Position numbers and translations under genes: made by a program. This document shows, piece by piece, positions 14,439 to 24,907 of a stretch of 64,000 nucleotides of DNA; the stretch's first letter is position 1, and every line of letters begins with the position of its first letter. The DNA comes from Utricularia gibba (Eukaryota; Plantae; Magnoliophyta), in NCBI GenBank assembly GCA_002189035.1, contig NEEC01000009.1, forward strand, positions 682,001 through 746,000, written 5' to 3'. The notes beneath the pieces were generated by a model. That model made no database searches. It saw only the letters and a program-made list of their open reading frames with translations, and had not been told where the DNA came from.

Positions 14439-17400
14439 ATGGGCAAACGGAAGCGGAATGTTCAGACGGCTGCCGCCGATATGAAGAATCGAGATGATGA
14501 ACACCTTGGAAATGTAGAAAAAAGATCAGTTGTAGCAGAGGATGAGCAGAAAGATGATGATGAGCGGAGCTTCGAAGAACTGGGGTTGGATACACGCCTC
14601 ATCCGAGCATTGTCGGAGAAGTCAATTGAAAAGCCTACGCCAATTCAACGTGTGGCGATTCCTCTTATTCTCGTTAGTTTTCTTCTGAAGTTGAATTCTT
14701 TTTCATTGCTTATTCGGAGGTGCAGTTCCTAATTGAGACTTTGAGATTCTTTTATTTTTATTTGGGGTGTATAGGAAGGGAAAGATGTCGTTGTTCGAGC
14801 AAAAACTGGTTCTGGGAAAACAATTGGGTATTTGCTTCCCCTGCTTCAGAAGCTGTTTGTTAATTCGCCTTCCAAGAAGTGCCTTGCTCCGTCAGCTATT
14901 ATTATAGTCCCAACTCGGGAGTTATGCCAACAGGTAAATCTTCTGCTTTGTCCATTTGTATTGAGTTTTTTTCATTTTTTGTTCTTCATGTAATACCTTG
15001 GTTTGTTGTCATTCAGGTGTTTGCTGAGTCGATATCTTTTATTGAACTGTGCGGAGTGAAGCTAGGAGTTTCTTATTTGACAAGCATGATGACATCTGCT
15101 GAACTGGTTGGTAAATTTTCCAGCACTTTGACATACAGATAAGTTTAAAGTGTAGCTATTTTTAATCGCACGACGTTTGCTTCCTGTAGAAAACTTCGTT
15201 GGATGGATGCCCTGATATTGTTGTATCAACTCCTGCTTGTATACAATCATGCTTAGAAAACGGCTTACTTCACAGTAAGGCTCTCCAGGAATCACTTGCA
15301 GTTCTTATCCTTGATGAGGTTACCATTACTCATACAACTCCTGCATATAATAGTTTTTTGCTATAGGTAGGATTGCCTCTAAGTCTACAGGACACTGATG
15401 GTTTGATTTCCTGATCAGGCTGATCTACTGTTATTGTATGGTTATGAGGACGACCTGAAATCACTCAAAGCTCATGTCCCGGAATCTTGTCAATGCCTTC
15501 TAATGTCTGCCACTTCAAGGTGCGTCTGAGTGGATGTTCTCTCAAAAGTTGTATGTATAGCTATTATTTGTCTTTTTGCTTGCTTTGGACGCTTACAGTG
15601 CTCTTGATCTGATTAACATACTAAAAAATAGCAATGTTTTCAATTCTTCGACTTAAAAATCTAGTCAGATACAAAGTGATTTTTCTACTTGCGTGCTGTG
15701 CAGTGCTGATGTGGAAAAGCTGAAAAACCTCATTTTACACAACCCGTATGATTTAACACTGCCAGAATCGGGAGGTGTAAGGGATGAAATTATCCCCCAC
15801 AATGTGCAACAGTTCTATGTAAGGAGTTGTGGGCATCTTGCACAGTTTACTCTTCTTGTTGTATTGCTGATTTCCATTTTATTTACAATTTATCAGAGGA
15901 GCACTTATTAGTAATATCATCCTGAACTAGTGTTATGAAAAAACCAGCTGATGCTATATGTTAATTGGTGTTGCTTGTGTAGATATCATGCAATGCACGC
16001 GACAAACTTCTTAACATCTTTGCACTCTTGAAGTTAGAACTCATACAGAAGAAAGTTCTGATCTTTACCAATTCAATTGACATGAGTTACAGCCTGAAGC
16101 TTTTCCTTGAACAGGTAGAAATTTCTCTTTGTGCGTCTATGCAGATTTTATGAGCATTTCCTTCATGCTGCCGAAACCATGTTATCTTGTTATCCATAGG
16201 TTTTCGTAACTGTATCCATTTATTCTTTTCATGGCAGTTTGGATTAAAATCTGCAGTTCTTAATGCGGAGTTGCCTCAGAATTCTCGCCAGCGGATAGTT
16301 GAGGTATTTATATAGTCCAGGTTTTGGTTTATTGAACTTTTTTTCCGGCGTTCTACCCTATGTTTGATAATCCTTACTATGGTGTGTTTATTCTGCAGCA
16401 ATTTAATGTTAATCTTTTTGATTACCTTGTTGCTGCTGATGACAATGAATCAATGGCAAGGCATAAAGCAGAAGGCAATCCAGCTCAGAAAAAATCCAAA
16501 CTCGGTGTTTTCAGAGGAATAGAGTTCAAAAACGTGAACACTGTAAGCTGATAAATAGTTTTCATAATGACATTCAATGGAATGGCACATAGATGAAAGA
16601 GTTGAGTGCAAATTAGTGCACTGAAAGAGGTCTAAAAAGGCATAGAATGCTGGGATTATATTATCTAGATAACTTATGGGCTTGTGATATTTTTCCTCCT
16701 ATTCATCATGTGCGTATGCTTTACTAATGGTTGATTATAAAGGTTAAAATCCCTACGGTACTCTCTGTAGGTGGTGAACTTTGATATGCCTCAGACTGCA
16801 TCCGGGTATGTTCATCGGATTGGCCGTTCTGGAAGAACATACAGCACTGGTGCATCTGTCTCGCTGGTTAGTCATTGATATAATCTTAGCTTCAGCTTGT
16901 ATAACATCAAATTGCATACTATTAATCTGTATTTGCAAGTTTCTTTATCACAGGAGGTCGTTGTTTTATATTTACTGTAATTTTTTCTGTACGTTAGAAT
17001 TATCCTAATGTTTTATTTTGGGTATGTGATTTTTGTAACCTCGGCCTTTTTCTTCTCTTTTGTAGGTATCTCCCCAGGAGATGGGTATTTTTAATGAGAT
17101 CAAATCCTTTTTAGGAGAAGATGGTAGTGAAGAGTCAAAATTTATTGTGCCATTCCCCCTGCTAAGTAAAAATGCCGTGGAATCTTTACGGTACAGAGCT
17201 GAGGTAAATTTTCTCAATCAATCTTTCATAGGCAACCTCATGTTCCAAAATGTAATATAGCATTTATTTTTCATGTTTCTTTCTGTGGTAGATGGGACGT
17301 GATGACACTGACTGTGTTTTTCGCAGGATGTTGCAAGGAGTGTGACAAAGATCAAGGTGCGAGAAGCTCGTGCCCATGATTTAAGGAATGAAATCCTCAA

Positions 17401-18066
17401 ATCTGAAAAGTGAGTTGTGCTCTTTCGGATGAGCTTTCTGTGTGCCCTCACTTTCCTGTTATTTTTTGTTGATCTGTGCTGTTGGGTTCCTTACTTTATC
17501 TGGTATCTGTTGTTCAACGTATGCCCTTATGTTTCTATTGTAGTTTAAATTAACATATGTCGACGTTAATTCCATCCCACCTCCATGCAGGTTGAAGGCT
17601 CATTTCAAAGATAACCCAAGAGACTTGGGTAAGCGCTTACTAGAATCATGTAGCCGTTACCAGCTCCCCTAATTATTTACTCTTATAATTGTTTCCCATC
17701 CTTCCACAGATCTACTGAAACGTGACAAAGTTTTGGGTAAAAAGCCCCAGCTTCTCACCTCCAAGATATTCCTCAGTACTTACTGGACCCTGCCACACAA
17801 GAGGTTACCAAGATTTTGAAGGTCGCCAGAGCTGCCATGGGAACCACCACTCACGCTAACAGAGGCTTCAAAAGAAAGTTTAGAAGAAGCAGAGGTCCCC
17901 TCAAGACATCCTCCGAGGTGAACTCTTTTCTTCCTCACATGTTTCTCCCTCAAAGTGCCTCCTGCTATGTGAAATGGCCTTCCGTTATCTAATCCCCTCC
18001 GGTTTAACGTTGGTGCTTCATCAGGGATCAAAAAGGGTACGAAGAAAACGGAAAGAAACTGAGTAG
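14439..18066 (+). CDS. RH16: DEAD-box RNA helicase 16 (DBP9/DDX56 family), multi-exon
   Basis: Q-motif GLD.RLIRAL...[52 protein letters not shown] and [21 protein letters not shown]. One -1 at C-run 17745-17748. Confidence 0.92.
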
Positions 18067-18498
18067 GAAGATTGGCTACTGCAGAAGCCAGAAAAACAGA
18101 GGCAAAGCGCCCAATGGTTAGCTCACACAAATTTGTTGTGGCTTCTGCTCATATTCAAGCTGCAGCTTCATCTTGGAGTCTATTTTGGTACTCAGTATCC
18201 GATTCACTGTTGTATCCTTTTTAACTTTTTTTCACCCCATGCAATGAGATTTCATTCTGGAGGTTTCAAATATTTTGAGAGATTAGATAGGTGGTATTAA
18301 ATGGAAATATTTGATAAGAATCATGAAAGATGTTCCACTTTTTATTTGGCAAGGCCCATAGGTCGTTCGGAGGAATGGGCCCAATGATGTCATGAGGCCC
18401 AAAAAATAACGCGCGTGCGGGGATCATCGGAGTCAAGCGTTAGCAGATGTTTCTTCACGCGCAAAGTCGGTGGCTGAACGCACACCGTACCGCTATAA

Positions 18499-18745
18499 AT
18501 GCTCATCTCGGCGCTTCGCAAGGCGCGGCGGCGGTCGTTGAGGACGCCGGCGTCAAATTCAGGCAAAAACTCATCTACCTGCAATCCTTGAAGATAAAAC
18601 TCTACGGAAGCCCTCCAGCTAAACCCGAACCTCCGTTCCGGTGCCATCTCTACCATCGGTTCAGTCGCTCTCCTTGGGCCTCGATGCAGCCGTCGTCGGC
18701 AGAATTCTCGGTATGTATCCCCAGTTTCTCACAGTAGATCCGTAC
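18499..18745 (+). pseudogene. Truncated mTERF1/SOLDAT10-type pseudogene fragment
   Basis: Three frames join to give DAGVKFRQKLIYLQSLKI-NSTEALQLNPNLRSGAISTIGSV-GLDAAVVGRILGMYPQFLTVDPY. This matches the recalled start of the mTERF1 repeat region (FREKLIYLQDLNVDP..ALRVNP.LRSA...GL.R..VGRILDMFP.LLT.DP). It carries a +1 A, an ~11-nt deletion, and has lost the 3' two thirds. Confidence 0.75.
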
Positions 18746-18758
18746 TGTTCCCCGAAAT

Positions 18759-19890
18759 CGGAGAAAAGTACATAAATGTTGTTTTCTAGTGATAAGTCAC
18801 TCTTCTTTTGTATGATAAGTTATCAGGTTCAAGGGAAAATGCCTTTTGAACTTATCAAGTTCAAGGGTAAATGCCGTTTGACAAGTACAAGGGGAATCTA
18901 TAAATATGGGTCTCATTCGAGAAAGCTCAGCTCTCCTCTCGGCAGTTCGGTGATTAGGTATCGGCACTTACTTTTCCTCAGAAATTTATGTTCTTTGTTT
19001 CCAGAACATCATATTCTTTGTTTTCCAGAACTTCATGTTCTTTGTTTTCCAGAACTTCATGTTCTTTGTTTTCCAGAACTTCATGTTCTTTGTTTTCCAG
19101 AACTTCATGTTCTTTGTTTTCCAGAACTTCATGTTCTTTGTTTCCAGAACTTCATGTTCTTTGTTTTCCAGAATTTCATGTTTTTCTTCTTCTATCATAA
19201 CATATTCTTCTTCATTTTTTAAGAGCATGTTCATATGGAAGAACTTGTTCTTTTTTTTTCTTTATATCATGTTGTTATTCTTCTTCGGAAATGTTTTTCC
19301 TCTTCAACACAAATTTCTATTTTTATTCACAACATATTCTTCCTCTTCAACACAAATTCTTCTTCTTCATCTTCAATACAATTTTTTCTTGTTCAACACA
19401 TTCTTCTTCAAAACGTGTTCTTTTTCCTCTTCAACGCACGTTCTTCATGCTCTTCTTCTTCTTCGTAACATGTTCTTCCTCTTCAACATAAATTCTTCTT
19501 CTTCAATACATATTCTTTTTCAAAACATGTTCTTTTTCCTCTTTCACACGTGTTCTTTTTCTTCATAACACTTCATAACATGCTCTTTCTCTTCAATGTA
19601 AATTCTTTTTCTTCAACACAAATTTTTCTTCTTCAAGACATCTTATTCTTCATATTCAACACGTATTCTTCTTTTTCTTCTTCAGAACATGTTCTTCATG
19701 TTCGTCTTCTTCACACCATCTTCTCTTCCCCTTCAACACAAATTATTCTTCTTCAACACATCTCCTTTCTCTTCAACACATTGTCATTCTTCTTCCTTTT
19801 CAACTCGTGCTCTTTTTCTTTAACACATCTTCTTCTTCTTCAACTATGTTTTTCCTCTTCAACACGTCTTTTTCTTCAACTTCTAAGTAC
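18759..19890. mobile_element. Possible Mutator-like element (MULE) left end plus low-complexity internal region
   Basis: Begins GGAGAAAAGTACATAAATG where mTERF homology stops. Subterminal direct repeats A[G/A]GT[T/A]CAAGGG.AA (18824, 18857, ~18881) and a hairpin TTGAACTT-atc-AAGTTCAA (18846-18864) follow, then a 24-bp array and TCTTC/AACAC-rich DNA. No right TIR or TSD was found. Confidence 0.4.
18979..19185. repeat. 24-bp tandem minisatellite (TTCATGTTCTTTGTTTTCCAGAAC), about 8 copies
   Basis: CCAGAA occurs at 19001, 19025, 19049, 19073, 19097, 19121, 19144 and 19168 (spacing 24,24,24,24,24,23,24). Confidence 0.95.
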
Positions 19891-20120
19891 CCATAGGTAT
19901 AAGTATCATTGTGCAAGCTTCATTGGTTTATATCATTAGATCTTGTATTCATTTTGAACCATAACCTCATGTCCTGCCATCCCTTGAATATACTTTCACT
20001 TAAGATTGATGTATCTTATGCTTTGTGACATAAATATATCTGGCTCTTTTGCCACAGTGTTTTGATGTCTGATCTTATTCTTGACATTGGGGTTGCAGTT
20101 TTTTGAGGTGGTGCACCCAA

Positions 20121-20685
20121 ATGGAATGGTCAGCTGGTATTGTCGGATTCGTACTTCTCACATTGGCTATGAATGCGCACTGTGAGGATCCTGGAGGTTG
20201 GAATCTAGTGAATGCTACGCTCTCCAAGGGGAGTGACCTCTCTATAGCTACGGGTATGGCTTCTATTTTCCTTCATTTAGTTTTTTTGAACTACATTTCA
20301 ACACATGAGCCCTGTGACGGTATTATTTTTGTTCATGGAATGAATACAAGCCTGGCGAGATGTAGCTGACCTTCTAAACTGTGCTTTACAAGCAGGTGAT
20401 GCCTGCGACTATGGGGATTTACACCAGGAAGCATACACCATGTACACTGCCATGGTTAGTACATCCTTCAAACATGCCAGCTGCGGCTGTCTTGAAATAA
20501 AATGTGCGGATGAGAAGGAGTGCCTTCTCCCGGGTCCAATTTCTGTAAAGGTGGTGGGCTTCTTCTCAGAGGCATACCCACATCGCCATATTGATCTCGC
20601 TCCACCGGATTACGACGACAATGTTCTGCGCAACGCTGCAAAAATCTTCCCGCTTGATTGCCGCAAGGTTTCGTGTGAGCCCTGA
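20121..20685 (+). CDS. Secreted, domain-1-only alpha-expansin derivative (EXPA20-clade-like), 2 exons (20121-20253, 20396-20685), 140 aa
   Basis: Signal peptide MEWSAGIVGFVLLTLAMNAHC, then W..VNATLSKGSD.SIATG|DACDYGDLHQ...SCGCLEIKC....CL.G and HIDL...CRKVSC. The phase-1 intron sits at the expansin G|G(A)C position. The ORF is open and lacks the CBM63 domain. Confidence 0.7.
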
Positions 20686-20851
20686 AATGCTCACTTGATA
20701 TATGACCCCAACATCAAGCATCAGAACTGCCTAAAAGGATTTCATAGCCTTGACTCTTCGAGTTGTATTCTTGTGTTTCGGAAATTACTATGAAGAATGC
20801 TTCGTGGGATTTGGAAAAATGTTTAATCATTCTACATAATTGATGTAGGAT

Positions 20852-21722
20852 TCAGCTCCCACAGGCCAGGCACTCGTCCCGGTTCTCTAGGGAGCATGCT
20901 ATCTGTGCCATCTTCTTCAACTCATCCTCGCTCTCGCCTTCTTTCAGGTTCTCTCGCAGGCCCTGCAACCAGGCAGGCCATTCATTCATCCTTAGGAATC
21001 AATGAGATGGAGAATGTGCAGAAGCTGATGAACACCTACATTTTGTTTTAGCATGGTGGTTTCCACTGTGAACTTGACGGCGTCCGCTGCAACGCGTGTT
21101 CGTAGATAGTACATTCCTGTCTTCAGGCCCTTTCGTGCACAAAAACACAGACATCAGTAACAGAAAAGGGAAGCAGTGCGGACATTTTAGATGATCGATA
21201 GGACTCGGTTAAGGGGTGTAGAAACAATTCATAAACGATAGCATAAAGATGCGCATAGTACGCTTTCCCAAACCATACTTCTAAATGGCCTTCAACTCTG
21301 AAGGAATCTCGGGAATGTTCTGCACAGAACCATTCTGGTAAATTATCCTGTTCTTGAGAACTGGAGACCAGAGTCCCAACTCTGTCAAATCATGTAGGAG
21401 ATGCTTATTCACTACGAACTCCCCACTACAAACAAAAAATAATAATAAAAGATCAAATTTAGAATGGAGCATACGCAGAAGAAAAATAAAGAAAAACAAA
21501 TGAGTAGTCAAGGAAATCAGACCTTAGAACCCTGCGGTTATATATATTCGATGTATACGGCTCAAAGCATTCATTGTTCCCAAGAATCTGGCTCGTGGAG
21601 GCAGTTGGCATTGGGGACACCAGAAGTGAATTCCTCACTCCATTGCTTGCAACGGCTCTAAGAGTAGGCCAATCCCATCTTTCAGAAGGTTTTACCCCCC
21701 ACATATCGGGCTGAAGAATACG
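20852..21722 (-). pseudogene. RNR1: 3'-terminal relic of ribonucleotide reductase large subunit (RNR1), 4 exons retained
   Basis: [72 protein letters not shown] and C-terminal CLACGS*. The 5' ~600 codons are absent, Tyr is replaced by TAG at AI(Y), and the TVWEIKQ...WSK exon is missing. Confidence 0.9.
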
Positions 21723-22035
21723 CTAAACGAGTGAAACGAGCAATATCAAAGCATGGTTCAGCCAGCATTGCCAGAAAAGGAAAAGTTTCAAAGGCTCATA
21801 AAGCTAACTTGCATAAAAGATGGGCATGTGCTTATTGGGCCAAAGGGCCTGACTGACAAAGCCCAATAAGTCTCCTACCGAGCCCAGAGACGGGGTGTAC
21901 AGAAACTGTTTACGAACTCTTCCGTGTCTCATCTCCGGCGTTCCCTCTTTTCCCGGCACGGCGTTTCTGATCTTCAAAAGTCTGTTGGCTATCAGAGAAA
22001 TATTTGGAGGCATACCTTCAGCCTCTGGTGTTATC

Positions 22036-24713
22036 ATGCTCAAGAAATTTTGGAAACCCTTAGCTTTAAGTGTTTCCTCGTCGACAGAATCCAGGTTAGT
22101 CCCTTTTCATTCTCAACAACTTCGTGCATATATTTCCAGCACAAAAGGCCTGGAAAGGAGAAATCTCGATCAAAGCGACGATGGGTTGTTCAGAGACCCT
22201 GATGATCCCCGAGGCTGTTAGTCGTACAGCCAAGAATGCGCCCCGATACCCGTTTGAGAGCGATGCTCGAGGAAGCTTTAAATCTCGCAAATTCTCTGGA
22301 GCAACAGCGGGATGGGTATTACGCGACTGAGTTTTCCGAAAAGGAAAAGCCACCTCATCTTGTTGTTCAGAATCCAATGTTCAGGTCACCCAGAGCCGGT
22401 TAGTGATCATGCAGTAATTTTAGATGCTGAAGTGCATTGTATAGTCTAATCTTCGATTTTTTGGTGATTCTGATGTTACAGATACATTTTTTGGAGCTGG
22501 AACTTTGGATACTGTAAAGTGTTACTTGAACGAATTAGAAACAAAGGTTTGTTGATCTTGGTGTTTGAGATTTTCTGGGAATGTTTGATTTTAAACCACG
22601 TCTGTAATCTGCTCAACAGAACGAGGTGGATGCCGTTTACGTCAATGCTATTCTCTCCGGTGTTCAACAAAGAAATCTGGAGGCGAGTTGACTGTTCATG
22701 TACTTAGTATTGAATGTTGTAGGGCTATTTCTGATCCTTGTTTTTCATGTTTCCATCAGCGTATTTGGAAGAAGCCTGTTCTGGACCGCGTTGGTGTAAT
22801 AATAGAGATTTTCAATGCTCATGCACAGACAAAGGAGGCTAAACTGCAGGTAAATCTACTTTTCCCAGTGAAAAAAGATGTTCAAGGTTGATTGGACGCT
22901 CTTGTGTTGATTTACAGGCTGAGTTAGCAGCTCTTATGTACAAACGAAGCAGGCTTGTTCGTGTGCATGGTACCGATGGACGCTACACATTTGGAGGAGT
23001 TGCGGAGGCCGAAGTTGTTAGTGCAAGGGGGTGAGCATCTATTTCACTTGAAATGCTTCCAGGCGCTTGCGAACAGCTTGATGCACTAACTCCCTTCAGC
23101 GTGGCTCTTCAGTTGGCTATTGGTGCACATTACCTATTCATGATGCAGCCTTTTTGTTGGATGATTATTTGCAGGAGAGGAAGTGGAGGGCGTGGATTCA
23201 TTAGTGGTGCTGGAGAAACTGAACTTCAGCTTCAAAGACGACGGTCTGTTTACCCCTGTGATCCCCATTTTCTACTTCGGGAAACAGTTCTTAGAAATGT
23301 TAAGTCTGTTCTATTAGAATCTCCGAACGGAGGAAGAAGCTTCTATCTGAGATCCAAGAAGTTCGAAGAACTAGAGCTGTGCAGCGTGCTGCTCGAAAGA
23401 GGCAGGGTAGTTTATCAGGTGAAGAAGTTGCTACTGTTGCCATCGTTGGTTATACAAATGCAGTAAGTAGCTGCCCTTATGCGCATACCTTTACCTTGCA
23501 CTAGATTGTTTCCTTCATCCCTTCTCATGAGTTTTCAGGGAAAGTCCAGCTTAGTCAGTGCTCTCTCAAACAACTATCTGTACTGCGATGACAGGTGACA
23601 CCTGATTCCTATAACCACTATCACATAACTTTTTCCGGCAGTGATCATACAAGGAAAAACTCCTGCCAGATTGTTTGCAACCGTGGATCCGAAGTTGAGC
23701 AGTGTTATCTTGCCATCCGGGTACCACCATGTTAAATTTTGGTTATATTTGCTGCAAGTGTGATACACATAAAGTTGGTTAAGAGCATAAATGCATGCTG
23801 CAATTTAGAAGGAAAGTGCTGCTTAGCGACACGGTGGGGTTTATATCAGATTTGCCTGTTCAGGTTAGTGGAAGTGCGGAGCACTCATCCTATATTTGTT
23901 GAGGCTTATGCTTGTGATTCTCTTGATGGTATTAGGATTCATTTTGCAGCTCGTGGAAGCATTTCATGCTACCTTGGAAGAGGTTCTTGAAGCTGACCTC
24001 CTTGTGGTATGAACTGCCATCTTCTTCCATCCTTTTTGCTGCTCCGGTGACAATGATCGGACCTCTTCGCAGCATGTGCTCGACTCGAGTGCCAAGAATC
24101 TCGACGAACACCGTCAAACTGTTCTGCAAGTTCTTGCGAAGCTCGGTGTATCAGATGAGAAGCTCGACAACATGATAGAAGTCTGGAACAAGGTAACACC
24201 AGAGCTTGAATCTTCGTCACATGCTGTTTTGGGTAGCAATTTCTTCTACTGGAGATACTGTCACAGATTGATCTTGAAGATGAGCAAGATGACATTAGCA
24301 GCTTCTCAGTAGAAGAGGATGCTGAACCTTTGTCAGACCTTGAAAATGAAGATGGATTCAATATTAAAGCAGAGGAGGAGGCATCAGGGGACCTCGCAGC
24401 CTACACTTCTGATGAGTGGCTATTGTCGGAAGATGATGAAGAATCATCTTGGTTCGACTACAGCAATGGATCCATCGGTTCTGCTGACACAGTGACCCAA
24501 AATCAAGACCCTGCAGGGAATTCTTACAGCGGCTCACCCCAGTCTACGTGCCATGTTAAAACTTCTGCCATAACTGGCGTTGGCTTGCAAGAATTGCTTG
24601 AGCTGATTGACAAGAAGCTGGAAAAACCAAGCCACATTGTAGAAAGGAGCATATATGACCACAAGTGGAGGCCACCCCGTGGGGAAGGCAACCTGATAGC
24701 AGTGGAATCATAA
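22036..24713 (+). CDS. HflX-family GTP-binding protein (At3g49725-like, organelle-targeted), multi-exon
   Basis: RL.VVQPR, PHLVVQNP, KPVLDRV..IIEIFNAHAQTKEAKLQAELAAL.Y, G1 VGYTNAGKS, LFATVDP, G3 DTVGFI and VWNK. One -1 at C-run 22207-22210 and a GC-AG intron at 22683-22759. Confidence 0.92.
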
Positions 24714-24907
24714 CAGCATCAGAAGCATGCTGCTTATCAATGTGCAAAAACAAACATGAGTGCCTTGCACTTGGATTTTTGACATCTAGAATGAAAGATC
24801 TGTTCAATGATTCAGATAAGATGGCACAAAACAAAAAAAACAAGTGCAAGTTGGAGAGAAATGAAATCCCAAGTGCTAAAGATCACTACTTTAGTGGGAA
24901 GATGAGT

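Noticed and set aside
18979-19185. CRISPR-like appearance of the 24-bp repeats
   Set aside because: The units abut with no unique spacers, there are no cas genes, and the context is eukaryotic. It is a minisatellite.
19035-19939. Long Phe/Leu/Ser-rich ORFs
   Set aside because: They arise from stop-poor TCTTC low-complexity DNA in several frames and have no protein-like features.
18759-21850. A complete Pack-MULE carrying the expansin and RNR1 fragments
   Set aside because: I found no right-hand TIR or target-site duplication; only an 8-bp CCCTTGAA match near 19981.
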